64,000 nucleotides of DNA from Oribacterium sp. (GTDB taxonomy: Bacteria; Bacteroidota; Bacteroidia; Bacteroidales; Bacteroidaceae): assembly GCA_963609615.1 (NCBI GenBank), contig CAVDKC010000003.1:2782-66781 (forward strand), in the 5' to 3' direction. Positions 1 through 8,486 of the stretch are shown in pieces. Numbering within the stretch: position 1 is the stretch's first letter; every line of letters begins with the position of its first letter. Below the pieces are notes generated by a model. It did no database searches. It worked only from the letters and a program-made list of their open reading frames with translations, and had not been told where the DNA came from. Position numbers and translations under genes: made by a program.

Positions 1-3
1 AAA

Positions 4-1728
4 ATGAATTGGAATTCAACAGAATTCGTATGGCTAGACTGGGCCGTACTCGCCATTGGTGTAATCGGCGTGATATGGGCAGTATATCATGCGATTGTGA
101 AAGACAGAAAGGCCCAGAAGGGCGAAGACTCTTCGGCTTACCTCTTCGGTAAGGGCGAGCCTTGGTATGTAATTGGTATGGCAATCTTCGCAGCCAATAT
201 CGGTTCCGAACACCTCGTAGGTTTGGCTGGTACGGGTGCCAAGAGTGGCGTAGGTATGGCACACTGGGAAATGCAGGGATGGATGATTCTCATCTTAGGA
301 TGGTTATTCGTACCATTCTACCAGTTGCTCATCAACAAGATGGGTAAGATTATCACCATGCCAGACTTTCTCAAGTTCCGCTACACACAGCGTACAGGTT
401 CATGGCTTTCCATCATCACCCTTGTGGCTTATATTCTTACTAAGGTAAGCGTTACCGCACTCACAGGTGGTATTTTCTTCGAGTACCTCTGGGGCTTAAA
501 CTTTTGGGTAGGTGCCATCGGATTGATTATCCTCACCACTATCTTCACCGTATTCGGCGGCATGAAGGGTGTGATGACACTTTCTACAATCCAGACACCA
601 ATCCTTGTCATTGGTTCATTCCTCGTCCTCTTCCTTGGACTTTCCGCTCTAGGTGGTGGTAGCATCGCTGCTGGTTGGACAGATATGATGGACTACTGTG
701 GTAAGCTGAACAACGGCTACGGTACCACCCACATGTTCCACTGGGAGGCAGGCGACTCTATGTATCAGGAGTATCCTGGTTTCGTAGTATTCATCGGTGC
801 TACAATTATCGGTTTCTGGTACTGGTGTACAGACCAGCACATCGTACAGCGTGTCTTGGGTCAGGTTCCCGGCGAAAAGAACGAGGAAGTGATGAAGCGT
901 GCCCGCCGTGGTACCATCGCTGCAGGTTTCTTCAAGGTATTGCCTTGCTTCATGTTCTTGATTCCAGGTATGATAGCAGCAGCCTTGGCTCAGAAGGGAG
1001 CTATCTCTATGGAGAACACCGATGCAGCCTTCGCCATCATGGTAAAAAGTGTATTGCCAGCAGGTATCAAGGGTATCGTAACCATTGGCTTCATCTGCGC
1101 CCTTGTTGCTTCTTTGGCTGCATTCTTCAACAGCTGCGCTACTCTCTTCACCGAGGACTTCTACAAGCCATTGAAGAAAGGCATGTCTGAGGCCCACTAC
1201 GTATTCGTAGGTCGTGTAGCTACCATTGTTGTCGTAATTCTTGGCTTCGCTTGGTTGCCTATCATGATGAAAATGGATACGCTTTACAACTATCTCCAGG
1301 GTATCCAGTCGCTTCTCGCCCCTGCGATGGTGGCAGTATTCGCCATGGGAATCTTCTTCAAGAAGATTACACCTAAGGCTGGTGAGTACACGATGATTAC
1401 AGGTTTCCTTATCGGTATGGTACGCCTAGTCACAAACGTCATCACCGACACAGGCAAGGCTACTATGGACGGTGCTTTCTGGGACAACACTGCGTGGTTC
1501 TGGCAGACCAACTGGCTTGTATTCGAGTGCTGGTTGCTCGTATTCCTCATCATCTTTATGGTTGTGGTAAGTTGCTTCACTCCTGCCCCAAGCAAGGAAC
1601 AGGTAGAGGCTATCACTTTCACTGCCGACTTCAAGAAGTCTATCCGCGAGAGTTGGGGAGCATTCGATATTATTGGTACACTCGTTGTCATTGGCCTTTG
1701 CGCTGCATTCTACTGGTACTTCTGGTAA
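4..1728 (+). CDS. Sodium:solute symporter (SSS family), probable L-arabinose transporter
   Basis: 574 aa polytopic membrane protein with SSS motifs (AANIGSEHLVGLAG, WYWCTDQHIVQR); first gene visible of the ara cluster. Confidence 0.9.
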   Translation: MNWNSTEFVWLDWAVLAIGVIGVIWAVYHAIVKDRKAQKGEDSSAYLFGKGEPWYVIGMAIFAANIGSEHLVGLAGTGAKSGVGMAHWEMQGWMILILGWLFVPFYQLLINKMGKIITMPDFLKFRYTQRTGSWLSIITLVAYILTKVSVTALTGGIFFEYLWGLNFWVGAIGLIILTTIFTVFGGMKGVMTLSTIQTPILVIGSFLVLFLGLSALGGGSIAAGWTDMMDYCGKLNNGYGTTHMFHWEAGDSMYQEYPGFVVFIGATIIGFWYWCTDQHIVQRVLGQVPGEKNEEVMKRARRGTIAAGFFKVLPCFMFLIPGMIAAALAQKGAISMENTDAAFAIMVKSVLPAGIKGIVTIGFICALVASLAAFFNSCATLFTEDFYKPLKKGMSEAHYVFVGRVATIVVVILGFAWLPIMMKMDTLYNYLQGIQSLLAPAMVAVFAMGIFFKKITPKAGEYTMITGFLIGMVRLVTNVITDTGKATMDGAFWDNTAWFWQTNWLVFECWLLVFLIIFMVVVSCFTPAPSKEQVEAITFTADFKKSIRESWGAFDIIGTLVVIGLCAAFYWYFW

Positions 1729-1896
1729 AAAAGAATGCTTAGGAGTTATTCCATAAGATAAAATTCGAAACAGACACAATATAGGACTCTGAGGCCTGGA
1801 AATGCCTTCGGTCGCTCCGCCCTCAGAGCCTATCTCTCAAAAATCAACCGAATACGAATCATCCACATAAACATTCAACAACTTAAAAAGAAGACC

Positions 1897-2577
1897 ATGA
1901 CGCCATTTTACAATGAATACTCCAAGGTTTTAGTATCCGTTGATTGTATTATCTTCGGATTCGACGGGAACGACCTACAGGTACTGATTGGTAAACGCCA
2001 GTTAGACCCAGGACGTGGCGAATGGTCGCTCTATGGTGGTTTTGTAGGTGCCAACGAGAATCTCGCTGATGCCGCCAATAGAGTTATCCTAGAACTTACA
2101 GGCATAAAAAACCTATATATCAGACAAGTAGGTGCCTTTGGCAAGGTAGACCGCGACCCAGGAGAGCGAGTTATCTCGGTAGCCTATTGTGCCCTCATTA
2201 ATGTGGTTGACTATGATGACCGTCTCCGTGTAGAACATGGACTAGAATGGGTAAGTTTGAAAAAACTACCTCATCTCTACTCCGACCATAACATTATGAT
2301 TAATGATGCCATCTCACAAATAAGACGTCGCATTAATCATGAGCCCTTGAGCTTCAAGCTCCTCCCCGACCTCTTCACACTGACCCAATTACAACATGTC
2401 TTTGAGGCAGTGATGGGCGAAGAGATAGACAAACGCAACTTCCGCAAGCGCATCAAAGACATCGACTTTATCGAGAAGACAGAACTTATCGACAAAGTAA
2501 CATCTAAAAGAGGAGCTGCCCTGTATCGTTTTAACAAAAAAGCATACGAGCAAGACCCATCGTTCAATCTGAAATAA
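1897..2577 (+). CDS. araR: NrtR-family (Nudix + wHTH) transcriptional regulator, arabinose repressor
   Basis: VSVDCIIFGF, GEWSLYGGFV, DRDPGERVISVAY, C-terminal FTLTQLQ..DKRNFRK..GAALYRF wHTH; embedded in ara genes. Confidence 0.88.
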   Translation: MTPFYNEYSKVLVSVDCIIFGFDGNDLQVLIGKRQLDPGRGEWSLYGGFVGANENLADAANRVILELTGIKNLYIRQVGAFGKVDRDPGERVISVAYCALINVVDYDDRLRVEHGLEWVSLKKLPHLYSDHNIMINDAISQIRRRINHEPLSFKLLPDLFTLTQLQHVFEAVMGEEIDKRNFRKRIKDIDFIEKTELIDKVTSKRGAALYRFNKKAYEQDPSFNLK

Positions 2578-2653
2578 AAGAAGAAAATTCAATATTCCCC
2601 AAACAGAGGGATACAACATAAAGAAAAACTATCAAACTAAAATATAAACAACT

Positions 2654-3355
2654 ATGTTAGAAGAACTTAAAGAAAAAGTATTCAAGGCAAACCTTGACCT
2701 TGTAAAGCATAACCTCGTGCTCTTTACCTGGGGTAATGTAAGTGGAATCGACCGTGAGAAAGGTCTAGTAGTGATTAAGCCATCAGGCGTTAGCTACGAT
2801 ACAATGAAAGCTAGCGACATGGTAGTGGTAGACTTGGAAACAGGCAAGGTGGTAGAAGGCGACTTGAATCCTTCTTCAGATACTCCTACACACCTAGTAC
2901 TCTACCGCGCATTCCCTGAGCTTGGAGGTGTGGTTCACACACATTCTACATATGCTACAGCTTGGGCGCAAGCAGGCTTGGACATTCCTAACATTGGTAC
3001 TACACATGCCGATTATTTCCACGACTGCATTCCTTGTACCGATGCCATGACTGAGGATATGATGGCTGAGTATGAGCTGAACACGGGCGTAGTGATTGTT
3101 GACCGCTTCAAGAAGGATAACATCAACCCTGTACACACTCCCGGCGTATTAGTAAAGAACCATGGTCCCTTCACATGGGGCAAGGATGCCGACGAGGCTG
3201 TTTACCACGCCGTAGTGGCTGAGCAGGTGGCGAAAATGGCATTCATATCTTTCAGCGTGAACCCTGACACCACAATGAACCCCCTGCTCGTGGAAAAGCA
3301 CTTCAGCCGTAAGCACGGCCCTAATGCTTACTACGGACAGAAGAAAAAGCATTAA
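2654..3355 (+). CDS. araD: L-ribulose-5-phosphate 4-epimerase
   Basis: [28 protein letters not shown] motifs. Confidence 0.96.
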   Translation: MLEELKEKVFKANLDLVKHNLVLFTWGNVSGIDREKGLVVIKPSGVSYDTMKASDMVVVDLETGKVVEGDLNPSSDTPTHLVLYRAFPELGGVVHTHSTYATAWAQAGLDIPNIGTTHADYFHDCIPCTDAMTEDMMAEYELNTGVVIVDRFKKDNINPVHTPGVLVKNHGPFTWGKDADEAVYHAVVAEQVAKMAFISFSVNPDTTMNPLLVEKHFSRKHGPNAYYGQKKKH

Positions 3356-3408
3356 CTAGATTAAGAATTACAAAACAATATAACTAACAATTAAAAACAA
3401 GAACAATC

Positions 3409-4950
3409 ATGATTAAAGCATTTGAGAATTACGAGATTTGGTTTGTAACAGGAGCACAGCTCCTTTACGGAGGTGAGACAGTGAAGATCGTGGACGGTCA
3501 CTCCAAGGACATGGTAGACGGTCTGAACAACAGCGGCATCATCCCCATCAAGGTGGTTTACAAGGGCACAGCCAACTCATCGGCAGAGGTAGAGGCCATC
3601 ATGAAGGCTTCCAACAACGATGACAAGTGCGTGGGTATCATCACATGGATGCACACCTTCTCACCCGCCAAGATGTGGATCAAGGGCTTACAGGCTCTCA
3701 AGAAGCCTCTCCTCCACTTCCATACACAATACAACGCTGAGTTGCCTTGGAAGGACATCGACATGGACTTCATGAACCTCAACCAGTCTGCCCACGGCGA
3801 CATTGAGTTCGGTCACATTTGCACCCGTATGCGTGTACCCCGCAAGGTTGTGGTAGGCTACTGGAAGAGCGAAGAGGCACAAAAGCAGATTGCCACATGG
3901 GCTCGCGTGGCTGCTGGTGTTGCTGATGCTCACAACGTACGCTGCCTGATGTTCGGTATGAACATGAACAACGTAGCCGTTACCGACGGTGATCGCGTGG
4001 AGTTCGAGCAGCGCATGGGCTATCATGTAGACTACTATCCAGTATCTTCACTCATGGAGTACTTCAAGAAGGTAACCGACGAAGAGGCTGATGCCCTTGT
4101 AGAAGAGTACAAGAAGGAGTACACCATCAAGATCGACGAGAGTGGCGAGGAAGTATACTGGGAGAAGGTGAAGAACGCAGCCAAAGCAGAAATCGCCCTT
4201 CGCCGCGTATTGAAGGACGAGGGCGCAGTGGCCTTCACCACTAACTTCGACGACCTCGGCGACGCAGACGTGAACGATCCTAACTTCTGCGGTTTCGACC
4301 AGATTCCAGGTTTGGCTTCACAGCGTCTGATGGCAGAGGGTTATGGTTTCGGTGCAGAGGGCGACTGGAAGACAGCTTGCCTCTATCGCACTCTTTGGAT
4401 GATGAACCAGGGCTTGGAGAAGGGTTGTTCCTTCTTGGAGGACTACACTCTCAACTTCGCAGAGGACAAGACATCTAGCCTCCAGAGCCATATGCTCGAG
4501 GTTTGTCCGCTCATCGCCACAGACAAGCCAAAGCTCGAGGTACACTTCCTCGGCATCGGTATCCGCAAGTCTCAGACCGCCCGTCTCGTGTTCACATCCA
4601 AGACAGGCAAGGGTATCAAGGCTACCGTAGTAGACCTGGGCAACCGCTTCCGTCTCATCGCCAGCGAGGTGGAGTGCATCGAGCCTCAGGAGATGCCTAA
4701 GTTGCCAGTAGCTTCCGCCCTCTGGGTACCACAGCCCACATTCGAGATCGGTGCAGGCGCATGGATTCTCGCCGGCGGTACTCACCACAGTGCCTTCTCT
4801 TACGACATCACCGCTGAGTACTGGGAGGACTTCTGCGAGATCCTCGGCATCGAGTTCGTGAACATCGACAAGAATACCACGATCCGCAGCTTCAAGGAGC
4901 AGCTCCGCAACAACGAGATCTACTACATGCTCAACAAGGCTTTGAAGTAA
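3409..4950 (+). CDS. araA: L-arabinose isomerase
   Basis: WMHTFSPAKMW, MNLNQSAHG, GFGAEGDWK, HMLEVCP, AGGTHH motifs. Confidence 0.97.
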   Translation: MIKAFENYEIWFVTGAQLLYGGETVKIVDGHSKDMVDGLNNSGIIPIKVVYKGTANSSAEVEAIMKASNNDDKCVGIITWMHTFSPAKMWIKGLQALKKPLLHFHTQYNAELPWKDIDMDFMNLNQSAHGDIEFGHICTRMRVPRKVVVGYWKSEEAQKQIATWARVAAGVADAHNVRCLMFGMNMNNVAVTDGDRVEFEQRMGYHVDYYPVSSLMEYFKKVTDEEADALVEEYKKEYTIKIDESGEEVYWEKVKNAAKAEIALRRVLKDEGAVAFTTNFDDLGDADVNDPNFCGFDQIPGLASQRLMAEGYGFGAEGDWKTACLYRTLWMMNQGLEKGCSFLEDYTLNFAEDKTSSLQSHMLEVCPLIATDKPKLEVHFLGIGIRKSQTARLVFTSKTGKGIKATVVDLGNRFRLIASEVECIEPQEMPKLPVASALWVPQPTFEIGAGAWILAGGTHHSAFSYDITAEYWEDFCEILGIEFVNIDKNTTIRSFKEQLRNNEIYYMLNKALK

Positions 4951-5040
4951 TGTTTAATGCCTAATGTTTAGTATTTACTTTCTGAGGAAAGGCAATAAAC
5001 ACTAAACATTAGACAATAGACAAAAAACAATAAACATTAA
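4948..5040. repeat. Heptamer-built palindrome (TAATGTT / TAAACAT units)
   Basis: 4 left units from 4948, CTTTC-TGAG-GAAAG centre, 6 inverted units 4996-5037; 4961-4977 pairs with 4996-5012 at 16/17. Confidence 0.85.
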
Positions 5041-5046
5041 AAAGAA

Positions 5047-6639
5047 ATGAGTGCAAAAACTATCATAGAGTCAGGTAAGGCCATTCTCGGTATCGAGTTT
5101 GGCTCTACCCGAATCAAGGCTGTCTTGATTGACACCGCCAACACCCCTATCGCACAGGGTAGCTTCGAGTGGGAGAACCAGCTGGTTGACGGCTTGTGGA
5201 CCTACAGCATCGACACCATCTGGAAGGGCCTGCAGGATTGCTACGCTGACCTTCGCAAGAACGTGAAGGCAGAGTACGACTGCGAGATCCAGCAACTTGC
5301 CGCCATCGGCATTTCAGCCATGATGCACGGCTACATGGCCTTCGGCAAGGATGAGAATATCCTCGTGCCTTTCCGCACTTGGCGCAACACCAACACTGGC
5401 AAGGCTGCCGCCGAGCTTTCAGAGCTGTTCCACTTCAACATCCCATTGCGCTGGAGCATCTCACACGTTTACCAGGCCATCCTCAACGGTGAGGAGCACA
5501 TCGGCAAGATCGACTTCCTCACCACCCTCGCCGGTTACATCCACTGGCAGTTGACAGGCAAGAAGGTACTGGGCGTGGGCGACGCATCAGGTATGCTCCC
5601 CATCGACTCTAACACAAACGACTACGACGCCGACATGGTGGCCAAGTTCGACAAGCTCATCGAGCCCAAGAACCTGGGTTGGAAGATTCTCGACATCCTC
5701 CCACAGGTATTGAACGCAGGCGAGGATGCCGGTGTGCTGACCGAGGAAGGTGCCAAGAAGCTCGACCCGTCCGGCACTTTGAAGGCCGGTACTCCTCTCT
5801 GTCCTCCAGAGGGTGACGCAGGTACGGGCATGGTAGCCACCAACGCCGTTCGCCAGCGCACAGGTAACGTGAGTGCAGGTACATCTTCCTTCTCCATGAT
5901 TGTATTGGAGAAAGCATTGAGCCAGCCTTACGAGGTGATTGACATGGTGACCACTCCAGACGGAAGCCCTGTGGCAATGGTTCACTGCAACAACTGCACC
6001 TCCGACCTCAACGCCTGGGTGGGCTTGTTCAAGCAGTACCAGGAGTTGCTCGGTGTGCCTGTTGACATGAACGAGGTGTTCGGCAAACTCTACAACCATG
6101 CCCTTGAGGGTGATGCAGACTGTGGCGGTTTGATTGCCTACAACTACATCTCCGGTGAGCCTGTTACTGGTTTGGCAGAAGGCCGCCCCATGTTCGTCCG
6201 CTCCGCCAACGACCACTTCAACCTCGCCAACTTCATGCGTGCCAACCTCTATGCCTCTGTGGCTGTATTGAAGATTGGCAACGACGTGCTGTTCAAGGAC
6301 GAAAAGGTACAGGTGGACCGTATCACTGGCCACGGCGGTCTGTTCAAGACCAAGGGCGTGGGTCAGCGCATCCTCGCCGCCGCCATCAACTCCCCCATCT
6401 CCGTGATGGAGACTGCAGGCGAAGGTGGTGCTTGGGGTATTGCCCTGCTCGCCGGTTATCTGGTGAACAATGAGGAGAATTTGAGCCTCGCCGACTATCT
6501 CGACAAGAAGGTATTCGCCGGCAACACGGGTGTAGAGATTGCCCCAACAGCAGAAGATGTAGAAGGTTTCGACAAATACATCGAGACTTACAAGGCTGGC
6601 TTGGCAATAGAACAGGCAGCTGTAACCAATAAGAAATAA
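5047..6639 (+). CDS. araB: FGGY-family sugar kinase, L-ribulokinase
   Basis: [38 protein letters not shown]; lies directly after araA. Confidence 0.9.
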   Translation: MSAKTIIESGKAILGIEFGSTRIKAVLIDTANTPIAQGSFEWENQLVDGLWTYSIDTIWKGLQDCYADLRKNVKAEYDCEIQQLAAIGISAMMHGYMAFGKDENILVPFRTWRNTNTGKAAAELSELFHFNIPLRWSISHVYQAILNGEEHIGKIDFLTTLAGYIHWQLTGKKVLGVGDASGMLPIDSNTNDYDADMVAKFDKLIEPKNLGWKILDILPQVLNAGEDAGVLTEEGAKKLDPSGTLKAGTPLCPPEGDAGTGMVATNAVRQRTGNVSAGTSSFSMIVLEKALSQPYEVIDMVTTPDGSPVAMVHCNNCTSDLNAWVGLFKQYQELLGVPVDMNEVFGKLYNHALEGDADCGGLIAYNYISGEPVTGLAEGRPMFVRSANDHFNLANFMRANLYASVAVLKIGNDVLFKDEKVQVDRITGHGGLFKTKGVGQRILAAAINSPISVMETAGEGGAWGIALLAGYLVNNEENLSLADYLDKKVFAGNTGVEIAPTAEDVEGFDKYIETYKAGLAIEQAAVTNKK

Positions 6640-6828
6640 AGACAATTTAGGGGGAAGGAATATAACAGTTTATCATTTTAGGTTATATTTAATCATGGCA
6701 GGGAATGTCATATATATATATTCCTGAGGCACAGCGGTGCCTCTATCCCCCTTTTTTTTCATTTTTAGGGAAACAGAATTCCTATTCGTATTATTTACGA
6801 AAACACAAACATCTAAATTGCAAATGAC

Positions 6829-8400
6829 ATGAACAAACTTATCGCTACCACATTGCTTTCTACTGCAGTTGCATGCTCAGCCCAAGCTCAAGATGCAACA
6901 GGAACTATCCATGCCAACCAAGGCAAACAAAAGATATACAAGGAAATCTACGGACAGTTTGCCGAACATCTCGGAAGTTGTATCTATGGTGGACTTTGGG
7001 TAGGTCCAGAATCGCAGATTCCTAACACACAGGGGTATCGCAATGACGTGCTCCAAGCCCTCAAAGACTTAAAAGTCCCTGTATTAAGATGGCCTGGAGG
7101 ATGCTTCGCCGACGAGTATCACTGGATGGACGGTATCGGTCCTCGTGACAAGCGTCCTAAGATGCAAAACAACAACTGGGGTGGCACCATCGAGGACAAC
7201 TCTTTCGGTACACACGAATTCCTGAATCTCTGCGAATTGTTGGGCTGCGAGCCATACATCAGCGGCAACGTAGGTTCTGGCTCGGTGGAAGAACTGGCAA
7301 AATGGGTAGAATACATGACCAGTGACGGTGACACACCTATGGCTAAGCTTCGCCGCCAAAACGGCAGAGACAAGGCGTGGAAAGTAAAATTCCTCGGTGT
7401 AGGTAACGAGAGCTGGGGTTGCGGAGGCAATATGCGTCCAGAGTATTACTCAGACCTCTTCCGCCGCTACTCTGTATACTGCCGCAATTATGATGGCAAT
7501 GAGCTATACAAGATTGCCTCTGGTGCTAGCGACTATAACTACAACTGGACGAAGGTGCTGATGGACCGTATCGGCCATCGTGCCAATGGCATCTCCCTAC
7601 ATTATTATACAGTGACTGGTTGGAGCGGAAGCAAAGGTTCTGCCACCAAGTTTGATAAGGACGATTACTACTGGACTATGGGCAAGTGCCTAGGCATCGA
7701 GGATGTCATCAAGAAGCATGAGGCTATCATGGACAAAGCAGACCCAAAGAAGCAAATAGGTCTCTTGGTAGACGAATGGGGAACCTGGTGGGACGAAGAA
7801 CCTGGCACCATCAAGGGACACCTTTACCAGCAGAACTGTATGCGTGACGCTTTCGTGGCAGCCCTCTCACTCAATGTATTCCATCGCCACTGCGACCGAA
7901 TTCGCATGACTAACATTGCTCAGGTAGTAAATGTACTACAATCTATGATTTTGACTGATACCAAGGGCACAGGTCACATGGTATTAACCCCAACCTACCA
8001 TGTATTTAACATGTACAAAGACTTCCAAGAGGCAACCTACCTTCCTATGGACGTGAAGTGTGACTCCATGGACGTACGTGGAGACCAACACGCCAAGGAT
8101 GGCAGAAAGATACCTTTGCTATCCACATCGGCAGCCAAGAAGGCTGACGGCACTGTCCTTGTGTCTCTCGCCAACGTAAGCCTCGACAAGGCACAAGAGG
8201 TAGAGTTCTGCCTAGATGGCATTGCCGCTCCTAAGACAGTAGGCGGTCAGATATTGAGTAGCAAGAAAATAAGCGACTACAACGACTTCGAGAACCCAGA
8301 CGTAGTGAAGCCTATAGCTTTCAAGGATGCAAAACTAAAGAAAAACACCCTGAAAGTGAAGATTCCTGCAAAATCTATCGTTGTTTTGAAAATTAAATAG
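6829..8400 (+). CDS. abfA: Alpha-L-arabinofuranosidase (GH51) with signal peptide
   Basis: YGQFAEHLG, LRWPGGCFAD, GNESWGCGG, DEWGTW; N-terminal signal peptide ending ..SAQA. Confidence 0.94.
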   Translation: MNKLIATTLLSTAVACSAQAQDATGTIHANQGKQKIYKEIYGQFAEHLGSCIYGGLWVGPESQIPNTQGYRNDVLQALKDLKVPVLRWPGGCFADEYHWMDGIGPRDKRPKMQNNNWGGTIEDNSFGTHEFLNLCELLGCEPYISGNVGSGSVEELAKWVEYMTSDGDTPMAKLRRQNGRDKAWKVKFLGVGNESWGCGGNMRPEYYSDLFRRYSVYCRNYDGNELYKIASGASDYNYNWTKVLMDRIGHRANGISLHYYTVTGWSGSKGSATKFDKDDYYWTMGKCLGIEDVIKKHEAIMDKADPKKQIGLLVDEWGTWWDEEPGTIKGHLYQQNCMRDAFVAALSLNVFHRHCDRIRMTNIAQVVNVLQSMILTDTKGTGHMVLTPTYHVFNMYKDFQEATYLPMDVKCDSMDVRGDQHAKDGRKIPLLSTSAAKKADGTVLVSLANVSLDKAQEVEFCLDGIAAPKTVGGQILSSKKISDYNDFENPDVVKPIAFKDAKLKKNTLKVKIPAKSIVVLKIK

Positions 8401-8486
8401 TATATTTGTCGAGGATTCCCAAACAGAATCCCCGACAAGCTAAAGACATAAAGTTGAAAATAACAAACAAATTAACATATTGTATT

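Noticed and set aside
5587..6645. 352-aa antisense ORF over araB (also 649-1197, 16373-17329, 17642-18652, 20099-21094, 28685-29509, 36937-38127, 39370-40275)
   Set aside because: Shadow frames of well-supported genes with biased codon use; no recognisable motifs.
6649..6752. tRNA call for the cloverleaf-like structure
   Set aside because: No TTCRA T-loop, no D-loop GG, and arm lengths do not fit.
8406..8486. TTG-started N-terminal extension of tkt
   Set aside because: It begins in an intergenic hairpin; ATG 8487 fits the family N-terminus.
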